Origin: Clostridia bacterium
Lineage (GTDB): Bacteria; Bacillota; Clostridia; Christensenellales; CAG-138
Assembly (NCBI GenBank): GCA_030526995.1
Contig: JAUNBP010000002.1
Span: 1-64,000 of the forward strand
Direction: 5' to 3'
DNA length: 64,000 bases
Positions 7,330 through 16,531 of the stretch are shown here, in pieces. The position numbers and the translations under genes are program-made. Under the pieces are notes generated by a model. That model saw nothing but the letters and a program-made list of their open reading frames with translations. It made no database searches and was not told the DNA's origin. The number at the start of each line of letters is the position of its first letter. Positions within the stretch are counted from its first letter, which is position 1.

Positions 7330-8883
7330 ATGAAGCTCAATTACAAGCGCACCATCTTTGTTGGCTTTGCATTCTTTTTGATTTGCACCTTCTGGCAGGC
7401 ATACGACAACATAATTCCCAAGATACTCGTAGACAAGTTCGGAATGAATCAAACGTGGTCGGGACTTATAATGGCAATGGACAACATCTTTGCCCTGTTC
7501 ATGCTACCCTTGTTCGGAGCAATATCCGACAAGTGCCATTTCAAGCGGGGAAGGCGTACGCCTTTCATATTCGTGGGAACGATTCTTGCGGTTGTGGCAT
7601 TTGTTTCGCTCTCGTTCGTCGATGCCGCCCAGCTCAAGAGGATATCCGAGGTCTCTGCGATAGACGATCCCGTCGCCTTGACGGTTCTGTATGAGACCGA
7701 GGGCGATAAGACGCTTCAGACCACCGAGGGCGAGGACTTTGTTCTGAGAGAGAAGTTCACGCTTGAGGAGTTCACTTCGATAAGCTCACAGATAGAAAAC
7801 GAGAACGGCGAGCTTGCCACCAACCCCGATTACACCAACTACGTAACCCCCGCAAGACAGGCCTATGCTTGGGAGATGACACAGGAAAGCCCGGGGACGC
7901 TGATACTGTTCATGTGCGTGCTTCTGTTGGCGTTGCTTTCAATGTCCACCTTCCGCTCGCCTGCGGTAGCCCTGATGCCGGATGTAACGATAAAGCCGCT
8001 GAGATCAAAGGCGAATGCGGTCATCAACCTCATGGGCACCTTTGGAGGAATTATAGTCTTGGGCTTGGGCATGGTGTTCGGTACGGGCAGCGTTGCAAAT
8101 TCGCTTATGAGCTACGTTTCCTTCTTCTGCGTGATAGCGGGGATAATGCTCATAGCCCTATGTTTGTTCATGCTCTTGGTCAAGGAACCGCTTTGGGTCA
8201 AGGAGATGGAGCAGGAGAGCATAAAACATCATATCGACGAGGGCGAAAGCGGAGAAATAGAAACCACGCACAAGCTTAGCAAGGGCGAGCTTGCCTCCTT
8301 GCTTTTAATCTTGGCTTCGGTGGTGCTTTGGTTCATGGGCTATAACGCCGTCACCAGCAAGTATTCGGTCTATGCGGGCAAGGTGCTTTCACTCGACTAC
8401 AATTCCACGCTGATGATAGCCAATGTTGCAGCTATAATATCCTATCTGCCGGTGGGCTTTATCGCCTCCAAGATAGGGAGGAAAAAGTCCATATTATCGG
8501 GCGTTGTCATGCTTGCCGCCTCGTTCTTTGTGGCTTCCTTTTTGCGAGAAGGCAGCTCCCCCATGCTTATGAACTGCATGTTTGCCCTCGCAGGCATAGG
8601 CTGGGCAACGATAAACGTCAACAGCTTTCCCATGGTCGTCGAGCTTTCAAGGGGCGGCAACGTCGGAAAATACACGGGCTTCTATTACACCGCATCGATG
8701 GCGGCACAGGTTGCAACCCCGATAATCTCGGGCATGTTCATGGACAACCTCGGCATGACGACCCTGTTCCCCTACGCAACCATCCTCGTAGCAGGAGCCT
8801 TCGTCACCATGCTCTTTGTCAAACACGGCGACTCCAAACCCCCGAAAAAGAACAAACTCGAATCCTTCGATGTGGATAACTGA
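7330..8883 (+). CDS. MFS transporter with large soluble insert
   Basis: MFS motif-A-like GAISDKCHFKRGRRTPF and multiple TM segments. Divergent from the GDPD gene. Confidence 0.75.
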   Translation: MKLNYKRTIFVGFAFFLICTFWQAYDNIIPKILVDKFGMNQTWSGLIMAMDNIFALFMLPLFGAISDKCHFKRGRRTPFIFVGTILAVVAFVSLSFVDAAQLKRISEVSAIDDPVALTVLYETEGDKTLQTTEGEDFVLREKFTLEEFTSISSQIENENGELATNPDYTNYVTPARQAYAWEMTQESPGTLILFMCVLLLALLSMSTFRSPAVALMPDVTIKPLRSKANAVINLMGTFGGIIVLGLGMVFGTGSVANSLMSYVSFFCVIAGIMLIALCLFMLLVKEPLWVKEMEQESIKHHIDEGESGEIETTHKLSKGELASLLLILASVVLWFMGYNAVTSKYSVYAGKVLSLDYNSTLMIANVAAIISYLPVGFIASKIGRKKSILSGVVMLAASFFVASFLREGSSPMLMNCMFALAGIGWATINVNSFPMVVELSRGGNVGKYTGFYYTASMAAQVATPIISGMFMDNLGMTTLFPYATILVAGAFVTMLFVKHGDSKPPKKNKLESFDVDN

Positions 8884-8921
8884 CATAAAAACAGCCCGAT
8901 GCCAACCGCATCGGGCTTTCT

Positions 8922-9380
8922 TTACGCCTCATTTTGGCTTATCTTCTCATTTATCCTCTTGATTCGGCGCTTGATCGAAAAGTAGAGGCAGAGCCAGATA
9001 ATAAGGTATATTCCAAAGAAGATGCCGAAGTAGCCGAGCACGCCCCAAAGACTGTGGGGCATCCACCACATAAAGTAGGCTATGGGCAGGGCGGAAACCG
9101 AAACGATTACGAGGTGCAAGACAGTCTTTTTCATAAGGCTTAAGCTTTCGCTTTGCCATATCATACTTGCGCCACCCCAGGCTCCGCCGTAGAGCAGTGC
9201 GCAGACGGCCTGCAAGATGACAGCCGAAATCTCGTTTTCGCATATCTCAATAAGCTTTGGATGGGCTGCATGGTACGCGCCATCTCCCAGAGACAGCGAG
9301 ATGAAAATGGTTATAAAGACGGATATCGCAAATCCTATCAGCGAGCCGATTAAAACGGCTAACACGACTTTTTTCTTCAT
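8922..9380 (-). CDS. DUF3021-family membrane protein (partner of LytTR regulator)
   Basis: 4-TM small protein. AGGAGG 8 nt before the ATG. Immediately downstream of the LytTR gene. Confidence 0.7.
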   Translation of the reverse strand: MKKKVVLAVLIGSLIGFAISVFITIFISLSLGDGAYHAAHPKLIEICENEISAVILQAVCALLYGGAWGGASMIWQSESLSLMKKTVLHLVIVSVSALPIAYFMWWMPHSLWGVLGYFGIFFGIYLIIWLCLYFSIKRRIKRINEKISQNEA

Positions 9381-9392
9381 GAGTTGATCCTC

Positions 9393-9830
9393 CTACACTC
9401 CGAGCAGTTGTTTGATTTTTGAAACATATCTGCGGGACACGAACACGTAGTCCCCGTTTGAAAGATTTACACGAATCGTACCCGTGATGCTAAGGTCAAA
9501 CCGCTTCGCCTTTTTCAGGTTGATAATCTCCGAATTGGATATTCTGACAAATTTCTTGTCCAGCATTTCCTCCAATTCATACAGTCGCTGTTTGACGGCG
9601 TAATTATGCTTATCGTCACGGGCAAAGACCTTACCGTTTTCGGAGTAAAACCTAACGATATGCTCCTGCTCCAAAACTACGAGTTCGCCGTTTATAAGCC
9701 CCGTCAAAAGCTGTGGCGAATCGAGGGACAGTCTCTTTATCAGGAGATTTATTTCCTCGGTAATCGCAGCTGTTCGGATGATGAGCTTGGGCTCTTTGCA
9801 GCCGCTGTCTATCTCAATCTCTATCTTCAT
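9393..9830 (-). CDS. LytTR-family DNA-binding protein (no receiver domain)
   Basis: LytTR-domain signature (..HIVRFYSENGKVFAR.., ..FVRISNSEIINL..). ATG at 9830 with GGAGG upstream. Confidence 0.75.
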   Translation of the reverse strand: MKIEIEIDSGCKEPKLIIRTAAITEEINLLIKRLSLDSPQLLTGLINGELVVLEQEHIVRFYSENGKVFARDDKHNYAVKQRLYELEEMLDKKFVRISNSEIINLKKAKRFDLSITGTIRVNLSNGDYVFVSRRYVSKIKQLLGV

Positions 9831-9999
9831 ATCGTCCTCCTCCTTAGATAACAGGATAGCCCGTTTTGCAGATGAAATCAACCGATTTTCAATACTCGGT
9901 CATATTTCAACCATAAACGGTTGCAAACAAAAGAAAAGAGGACTGCCTTTTTATGGGCAGCCCCCTTTTCCGTGAAGGGAGGGACATATCGTTAGGGGG

Positions 10000-11751
10000 T
10001 TATTGCGCTTGTATATCTCCTAAGGCCGAGCCGTCTACGGAGATGGTATAGGTTTGCCCGCTTACCAGGGTGGGTGCGGAGCAAACGAGACATTCAATCC
10101 GCTTGGGGGTCGTGAAGGAAAGAACCTCGGTGCCGTTGGAGGCTGTAACGGTTACGGTGCTGTTTTCGTTGGCGTTCAGCGTTACGGCAATCTGTCCCTG
10201 CGCACAATCGCTTATGGTTTGCGCCATGCCCACCGCACCTACGGCTATAAAGGTGCCGCTGCTAAGCTCGAATGAGCCCGCAAAGTCCAAGGGTCCGTTG
10301 GCCGAGTTCGTGGGACCAAATACGGTTGCACTTCCGCCCGTTTGCACTATGTTGCCGTTGGAGTCTATGCCGTCGCCCGAGGCGTCGATAAGGACAACGC
10401 CGCCCGCTATCGTCACAAGCCCGCTTGAGCTGCTTGCAAAGCTGTTTTGCCCGGGCCTGCCGTTCATAGAAGAACCGTCGTTGCCGCCCGCCGCGTTGAT
10501 GCCGTCATCGCTTGCCACAACCGAAATTTCACCGCCGTTTATAGTAACGTTGAGCGCTTCCAAGCCCTCGTAGCTCTGTTCAACGGTGATAACGCCACCG
10601 CTAATCAAAAGCGTGTCGTCGGCATGAATCCCGTCATCGCCCGAGGAGATATAGATTTCACCGCTGATAATGGTGAGATTGCCGTTGCTGTGCAATGCGT
10701 CATCGGAGGAATCGATGGAGAAGGTGCCGCCGCTTATCGAAAGCTCGCCTGCAGCCTTAATCCCCTTTGCACTCGTGCCGTCGGAGGAAGATGAGGATGA
10801 GGATGAGGACTGCTGCCCGCCGCCGCCAAAACCGCCTCTGCCGCCGCCGCCCCAAGAGCCCCAGCTTTCCGAGGTCTGGGAGCTGTTTTCGCTGCCGCCG
10901 CCACATTCTATTGCTATTGTGCCGCCGAAGATGGAGCAGTCCGTCACGGCTTGAATGCCGTCCTGTCCCGCTTCAATATATATCTCACCCGAGGTAATTT
11001 CAATGTAGCCCTTATCCACATCGGTTTCATTGTTCGTGCGAAGCCCGTCGGCACCGGCATATATCGTGATATTGCCGCCCGAAATTTCAATAGAATCCTT
11101 GCCCCTGATACCATCGTCAACGGCGGTCACTATCAATGTTCCGCCCTCGATGGAGAGGTCGTCGTTGGTCTGGATGCCCTTGTTATAATTGCCCGTAACA
11201 TAGAGCGTGCCGCTGCCCTGAATATCCAAGTCCTCCTTGGAGTAGATGGCAGCCGAGGGCGCATCTGTCGAGGTATCGGAATAGGTCTCGCCGTCCTCAA
11301 CCTTGTTGACCGAGTCGGTTGCAAGCTCCAAGACAACCTTCTTTTGAGCGTTCAAAATGTATATCGCAGGGCCGTCGCTGCAGGTAACATCGATACCGCT
11401 CAATATGAGCTTCACGGTTTCACTGCTGTCGGTATCGACACGAATCTGCCCATCGCTCAGCGTTCCCGAGAGAATATAGGTTCCCGAAGCGGTCACGGTA
11501 AGCACCGACCCTTCGGCGCTTGCCCCGCTCCCGTTTATCTCAATGCCCGAATCCGAAAGCGTGATTATCGCATCGCCGCTTTCAGAGGTCGTGCCCGTCT
11601 GTATCGTCACAAGCGAATCGTCCACATCGGGAAGCTCAATGCCCGTTGCAACGGTAGGACTCGTCACGATTTCCGTGCTTTCGTTTTGTGCTGTCTGCCC
11701 ACAGCCTGCAATCAGGCAGCAAACCGTCAATATAATTATCAATCGTTTCAT
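10000..11751 (-). CDS. Beta-helix lipoprotein, Cthe_2159-like carbohydrate-binding family, with Gly/Ser-rich insert
   Basis: Lipobox LIAGC|G. Repetitive beta-helix rungs (..SGGTLIVTAVDDGIRG.., SDDALHSNGNLTIISGEIYISSGDDGIHA). Low-complexity SWGSWGGGGRGGFGGGG-QQSSSSSSSSS stretch. Confidence 0.6.
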   Translation of the reverse strand: MKRLIIILTVCCLIAGCGQTAQNESTEIVTSPTVATGIELPDVDDSLVTIQTGTTSESGDAIITLSDSGIEINGSGASAEGSVLTVTASGTYILSGTLSDGQIRVDTDSSETVKLILSGIDVTCSDGPAIYILNAQKKVVLELATDSVNKVEDGETYSDTSTDAPSAAIYSKEDLDIQGSGTLYVTGNYNKGIQTNDDLSIEGGTLIVTAVDDGIRGKDSIEISGGNITIYAGADGLRTNNETDVDKGYIEITSGEIYIEAGQDGIQAVTDCSIFGGTIAIECGGGSENSSQTSESWGSWGGGGRGGFGGGGQQSSSSSSSSSDGTSAKGIKAAGELSISGGTFSIDSSDDALHSNGNLTIISGEIYISSGDDGIHADDTLLISGGVITVEQSYEGLEALNVTINGGEISVVASDDGINAAGGNDGSSMNGRPGQNSFASSSSGLVTIAGGVVLIDASGDGIDSNGNIVQTGGSATVFGPTNSANGPLDFAGSFELSSGTFIAVGAVGMAQTISDCAQGQIAVTLNANENSTVTVTASNGTEVLSFTTPKRIECLVCSAPTLVSGQTYTISVDGSALGDIQAQ

Positions 11752-11847
11752 GACAAGTCTCCTTTCTTTGATGCAATAAGCATAACCAAAGAAACTTAAA
11801 AAACTCTTACCCTTTACAACTTGTCACTTTTTTGTCATAATAAATAC

Positions 11848-12186
11848 ATGTTTGAATTAAGACCGCACCATGTGTTGTGCATACAGCGTTTTATAGGCAA
11901 GGGATACAGCGAGGAGTTCACAAGGAAGATGTGGGAGGTCGTGACCTCGCTTCGAGCCAATCCCAACCAACAGGTCCGCTTCGTTTCGGGCGAGGACGAG
12001 CTGTGCGCACACTGCCCGCATAATCAGGGCGGCTGCGTGTCGGGGGACAAGGTGAAAAGGATGGATGAGTCAGTTAACCTTTCGGGCGTGCTCAGCTTTT
12101 CCGAGGCCGTAAGCCGCACAAACGCCCTTGACGCAGAAAACATCTGCAAGGGCTGCGAATGGTACTCACTCTGCCATATTATATGA
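11848..12186 (+). CDS. DUF1284-family Cys-rich protein
   Basis: MFELRPHHVLCIQRFIGKGYS N-terminus plus C..HC...C cluster. Confidence 0.55.
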   Translation: MFELRPHHVLCIQRFIGKGYSEEFTRKMWEVVTSLRANPNQQVRFVSGEDELCAHCPHNQGGCVSGDKVKRMDESVNLSGVLSFSEAVSRTNALDAENICKGCEWYSLCHII

Positions 12187-12205
12187 TATACTTGCGATAA
12201 ACAAG

Positions 12206-12234
12206 TTGACTGTTGCAAAACAAAGGAATAGAAT
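12206..12234 (+). promoter_or_regulatory. Candidate sigma-70 promoter for the buk operon
   Basis: -35 TTGACT (12206-12211), 17-nt spacer, -10 TAGAAT (12229-12234). Confidence 0.4.
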
Positions 12235-12263
12235 TAAAAATATAATAACGCACAAAGGGGACC

Positions 12264-13337
12264 ATGATGCTGATTCTTGTTATCAACCCGGGCGCAACTT
12301 CAACCAAAATTGCGGTATTTGAAGCCGAGAGGCAGATATTCAAAGCCACGATTGAGCACGCTGCAAGCGAGCTTGCACCGTTTTTGCGCATAGTCGATCA
12401 AAAGGACTACCGCACCGCACTCATCAGAAAGACCCTATCGGACAATGGATTTAAGTTATCCGACTTTTCCGCACTCAGCTGCAGGGGCGGGCTCTTAAAG
12501 CACATTCCTTCGGGAACCTACCGTGTCGACGAGAACGTTCTGTACGATGTTTACAACAATAATTACGGAGAACACGCTTCCAACTTGGGCGTAATCATTG
12601 GCAAGGAGCTTGCCGATGAAGTCGGAGTAGAGGCGTTTTTCGTCGATCCCGTAAGCGTGGATGAGATGTACGACGTCGCTCGGGTTTCGGGACTTTGCGG
12701 CATGGAGAGGGAAAGCTACTTCCACGCCCTTAATCAAAAGGGTGCGGCAAGAAAGGCAGCAAAGCAGCTTCAAAGGGCATACGAGGACTTAAACCTCATC
12801 GTCGTGCACATGGGCGGAGGCGTTTCGGTTGCGGCGCACGAGGGCGGCAGGGTTGTCGATGTTTTCAACGTGTTGGACGAGGGCAGCTTTTCAATGAATC
12901 GGGGCGGCAGCCTTCCGGTGCAGGCGCTTATAAACCTCTGCTTTTCGGGCAAGAGCAAGCAGGAGATAAAGCAGCTCGTTAGAAGCGAGGCGGGCGTATA
13001 TTCCTACCTCAAAACCCACGACTTTAGAGAGGTCGAAGCCCGTGCGCTTGCAAACGATAAGGACGCCAAGTTGGTCTTTGATGCGCTCGTCTATCAGCAT
13101 TGTAAGGACATAGGCGCAATGGCGGCGGTCTTAAAATTCAAGGTCGATGCGATAGTGTTCACGGGCGGCATGGCGCACAGCAAGGTCTTTATCGACAGCA
13201 TGAGCGAGTACGTAGGAAAGCTCGCCCCCATAATCGTTATTGCGGGCGAGACCGAGATGGAGTCCTTGGCGCTCGGTGCGCTGCGTGCGCTTTTGGGAGA
13301 ACCTATAAAGGAGTACGGCGATGTTAAACAGAATTGA
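12264..13337 (+). CDS. buk: Butyrate (acyl) kinase
   Basis: ASKHA-fold acyl-kinase signatures: ILVINPGATSTKIAVF N-terminus, VVHMGGGVSVAAHEGGR. Confidence 0.85.
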   Translation: MMLILVINPGATSTKIAVFEAERQIFKATIEHAASELAPFLRIVDQKDYRTALIRKTLSDNGFKLSDFSALSCRGGLLKHIPSGTYRVDENVLYDVYNNNYGEHASNLGVIIGKELADEVGVEAFFVDPVSVDEMYDVARVSGLCGMERESYFHALNQKGAARKAAKQLQRAYEDLNLIVVHMGGGVSVAAHEGGRVVDVFNVLDEGSFSMNRGGSLPVQALINLCFSGKSKQEIKQLVRSEAGVYSYLKTHDFREVEARALANDKDAKLVFDALVYQHCKDIGAMAAVLKFKVDAIVFTGGMAHSKVFIDSMSEYVGKLAPIIVIAGETEMESLALGALRALLGEPIKEYGDVKQN

Positions 13338-14214
13338 GCAGATTTTACAAAGGGCGAGACAAGAGAGGAGCCGAACGCTTGCGGTAGCGGCGGCACAGGA
13401 TATATATGTGCTGACAGCCGTAAACCTTGCCGCAAAGGACGGGCTTTGCATCCCTATTCTTACGGGCAAGAGGGACGAAATATTAAGGCTCATGCCCGAG
13501 GCTCGGCGGTACGAGATAATAGACTGCGACAGCGACGAAGCCTCCGCACGGACGGCTGTATCGCTCGTAAAAAACGGCAGGGCGGACTGCCTTATGAAGG
13601 GACTCTTGCCCACCGGAACGCTGATAAAAGCCGTTCTGAACAAGGAGGAGGGGATAAGAACCGACAGGCTCCTGTCCCATGTAATGGTCTACGAGGCAAA
13701 GAGCTATCCAAAACTCATCTTCAACACCGACGGCGGAATAAACGTTGCTCCAAACTTCGAGCAAAAGGTGCAAATTTTGAAAAACGCCGCCCTGATGCTC
13801 AAGGCCTTGGGCTATGAAAGCATGATTGCAGCCTGCGTGTGCGGAGCAGAGACGGTCAGCGAAAAGATTTCGGCAACGGTCGATGCCGACAAGCTATCCA
13901 AGATGGAAGGCGAGTTTTCCGAATATAATATGAAGATTTTAGGCCCCGTGGGTTTGGACCTTGCGATAAGCACAGAGGCGTGCAGGCACAAGCGCTACGA
14001 AAAGGAAGGCGCAGGCCGTGCGGACATATTGCTGTTCCCGAATTACGAAGCGGGCAATTGCATGGGCAAGACGCTGACCTATTTTGCAGGGGCAAAGAGC
14101 GCAGGCATCGTAATGGGAGCCAAGGTTCCGATAGTTTTAGTATCAAGAGCGGACACCGCAGAAACAAAGATGGCATCGATAGCATTAGGTTGTATAGTAG
14201 GAGGTCGAGAATGA
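13321..14214 (+). CDS. ptb: Phosphate butyryl/acyltransferase
   Basis: PTA/PTB family (..ILTGKRDEI.., GGINVAPN, VLVSRADT). Overlaps the buk end by 17 nt. Confidence 0.8.
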   Translation: MLNRIEQILQRARQERSRTLAVAAAQDIYVLTAVNLAAKDGLCIPILTGKRDEILRLMPEARRYEIIDCDSDEASARTAVSLVKNGRADCLMKGLLPTGTLIKAVLNKEEGIRTDRLLSHVMVYEAKSYPKLIFNTDGGINVAPNFEQKVQILKNAALMLKALGYESMIAACVCGAETVSEKISATVDADKLSKMEGEFSEYNMKILGPVGLDLAISTEACRHKRYEKEGAGRADILLFPNYEAGNCMGKTLTYFAGAKSAGIVMGAKVPIVLVSRADTAETKMASIALGCIVGGRE

Positions 14215-15950
14215 AACACTTATTGACGGGAAACGAAGCGGCAGCACGGGGCGCATTCGAAGCGGGAGTAAAGGTCTGCTCCGCCTATCCGGGAACCCCG
14301 AGCACGGAGATATTCGAGAATCTTCCGCAGTATAGGGAACATCTGTACTGCGAGTGGGCACCGAACGAGAAGGTTGCAACCGAGGTCGCATACGGAGCCT
14401 CGATAGCGGGAGTCAGAAGCCTTACGGCAATGAAGCACGTCGGCGTAAACGTTGCGGCAGATCCCATTTTCACCGCCACCTACAACGGCGTGGGCGGCGG
14501 CTTTGTCATAGTATCTGCAGACGATCCCGACATGCACTCATCCCAGAACGAGCAGGACAACAGATATTACGCCAAGTTTGCAAAGATGGCGCTCATAGAG
14601 CCCTCCGACAGCCAAGAGTGCAAGGACTTTATGAAGGAGGCGTTCGAGGTTTCCGAGAGGTTCGATATTCCGGTGCTGTTTAGGATGACAACGAGGGTAT
14701 GCCACTCCAAGAGCCTCGTCGAGTTTGGAAAGCGAGAGGAAAAAGAGCTAAGCCCCTACAAAAGGGACGTTGCAAAGTTTGTCTGCACCCCCGCCAACGC
14801 CAAGCGGCACAGGCCTATCTTGGAGCAAAAACTTCGGGATTTGGAAGCCTATTCCAACCAAAGCCCCTTAAACGTCGAGGAGATAGAGGGCAACGAGGTG
14901 GGCGTAATCACCGCATCCATAGCCTATCAGTACGCCAAGGAAGTTTTCCCAAAGGGCACATCCTTTTTCAAGCTCGGCATGACCTACCCGCTCCCGATGG
15001 ATAGGATAAGGGCGTTTTCCAAAAAGGTCAAAAAGCTCTACATCGTAGAGGAGCTTGAGCCGTTCATGGAGGAACAGATAAAGGCGAACGGCATAGAATG
15101 CATAGGCAAGGAGCTCATCTCCAACCAATACGAATTGAATCCCGAACGGCTCAAAAAGGAGCTTTTCGGGGAGGCGAGTCTCGGTAAAAATGCGGATCTT
15201 GCGGCGGTGCCAAGACCTCCGGCACTCTGCCCGGGATGCCCGCACAGGGGATTTTTCTACGTCATGAGCAAGCGCCGCGACTTTGTCGTTGCAGGCGATA
15301 TCGGCTGCTACACCTTGGGCTGTGCGGAGCCGTTAAATGCTCTCGATTCGGTGGTCTGCATGGGCGGCGGCTTTTCGGTAGCCCAGGGCATGGCAAAGGC
15401 CTTCGACGCCACGGGCGATACAAGGCATAAGATATTCGGAGTTTTGGGCGATTCTACCTTTTTCCACAGCGGAATGACGGGTGCGGCAGAGATTATTTAC
15501 AACAGGGGCAGGGTTATTCCCTGCGTGCTGGATAACAGCATCACGGGCATGACGGGGCAGCAGGATAACCCCGGCAGCGGTGAAAACCTCTTGGGCGAGC
15601 CTGCGCCGATAATCAAGATAGAGGACGTTCTTAGGAGCATGGGCTATGAGAACGTTATAATCGTGGACCCCCAAGACTTAAAGGCAATGCAAAAGGCGGT
15701 GGACGATGCGCTTGCAAGCGAAAAGCCCGCAGCGATAATCACAAGGCGTCCCTGCCTGCTTCTAAAGAGGGTAAAGCAGCCCAAGGGCCTTTGCAAGGTC
15801 GATACGGAAAAGTGCAAGTCCTGCAAGATGTGCTTAAAGGTCGGTTGCCCCGCCGTCTTTATGGAGGACGGCAAGGCGAAGATAGATGAAACCCTTTGCG
15901 TCGGCTGCAAGGTCTGCGCTCAGGTATGTCCCTTCCATGCGATAGATTAG
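14211..15950 (+). CDS. iorA: Indolepyruvate (2-oxoacid):ferredoxin oxidoreductase alpha subunit
   Basis: ATG at 14211 overlaps the ptb stop (ATGA). MKHLLTGNEAAARGAFEAG N-terminus, TPP-binding region, C-terminal 2x[4Fe-4S] CxxCxxCxxxCP. Confidence 0.85.
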   Translation: MKHLLTGNEAAARGAFEAGVKVCSAYPGTPSTEIFENLPQYREHLYCEWAPNEKVATEVAYGASIAGVRSLTAMKHVGVNVAADPIFTATYNGVGGGFVIVSADDPDMHSSQNEQDNRYYAKFAKMALIEPSDSQECKDFMKEAFEVSERFDIPVLFRMTTRVCHSKSLVEFGKREEKELSPYKRDVAKFVCTPANAKRHRPILEQKLRDLEAYSNQSPLNVEEIEGNEVGVITASIAYQYAKEVFPKGTSFFKLGMTYPLPMDRIRAFSKKVKKLYIVEELEPFMEEQIKANGIECIGKELISNQYELNPERLKKELFGEASLGKNADLAAVPRPPALCPGCPHRGFFYVMSKRRDFVVAGDIGCYTLGCAEPLNALDSVVCMGGGFSVAQGMAKAFDATGDTRHKIFGVLGDSTFFHSGMTGAAEIIYNRGRVIPCVLDNSITGMTGQQDNPGSGENLLGEPAPIIKIEDVLRSMGYENVIIVDPQDLKAMQKAVDDALASEKPAAIITRRPCLLLKRVKQPKGLCKVDTEKCKSCKMCLKVGCPAVFMEDGKAKIDETLCVGCKVCAQVCPFHAID

Positions 15951-15961
15951 GAGTGATGGTT

Positions 15962-16531
15962 ATGACGAAGAGTATTTTATTGGTTGGCGTCGGAGGACAG
16001 GGAGCTATATTGGTCAGCAAGGTTCTAACCGCAGGCCTTGTCAGTGTCGGCTTCGACGTGAAGATGAGCGAGGTGCACGGCATGGCGCAGCGAGGCGGCA
16101 GCGTGTCCACGCAGGTCAGGTACGGCGAGAAGGTACATTCCCCGATTATCGGCACGGGGGCAGCGGACTTGCTCGTGGCGTTTGAGCAGATGGAGGCGGT
16201 ACGCTACGCCAATTACCTAAAGCCCGACGGAATTGCACTCATCTCCGACAGGGCGATAATGCCTATGTCGGTTGCAAGCGGGCAGGCGGAATATCCAAAG
16301 GGCTGCATCGAGGCCATGCAACAAAAGTTCAACACCGTGGTTGTCAAGGCGGATGAAATTTCGAGGGAATTGGGCAATTCCCGCTGCCAAAACATCGTAC
16401 TGTTCGGTGCGCTTACCAAGGTTTTGGGCTTGAATCAAATCGATTGGGAAGCGGTGATGAGGGAGGTTCTGCCTCCGAAGATACTCGATATAAACCTGCT
16501 TGCATTCAGAAAGGGAAGGGAGGCAATATAA
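15962..16531 (+). CDS. iorB: Indolepyruvate oxidoreductase beta subunit
   Basis: MTKSILLVGVGGQGAILVSKVL pyruvate/ketoisovalerate oxidoreductase gamma-type fold. AGGAG 8 nt upstream. Confidence 0.8.
   Translation: MTKSILLVGVGGQGAILVSKVLTAGLVSVGFDVKMSEVHGMAQRGGSVSTQVRYGEKVHSPIIGTGAADLLVAFEQMEAVRYANYLKPDGIALISDRAIMPMSVASGQAEYPKGCIEAMQQKFNTVVVKADEISRELGNSRCQNIVLFGALTKVLGLNQIDWEAVMREVLPPKILDINLLAFRKGREAI

Noticed and set aside
10054-11799. Several long plus-strand ORFs (10070-10573, 10447-10794, 10670-10954, 10951-11799, etc.) opposite the beta-helix lipoprotein gene
   Set aside because: Shadow ORFs in a GC-rich repetitive gene. Low-complexity translations (poly-R/P) and no starts with RBS.
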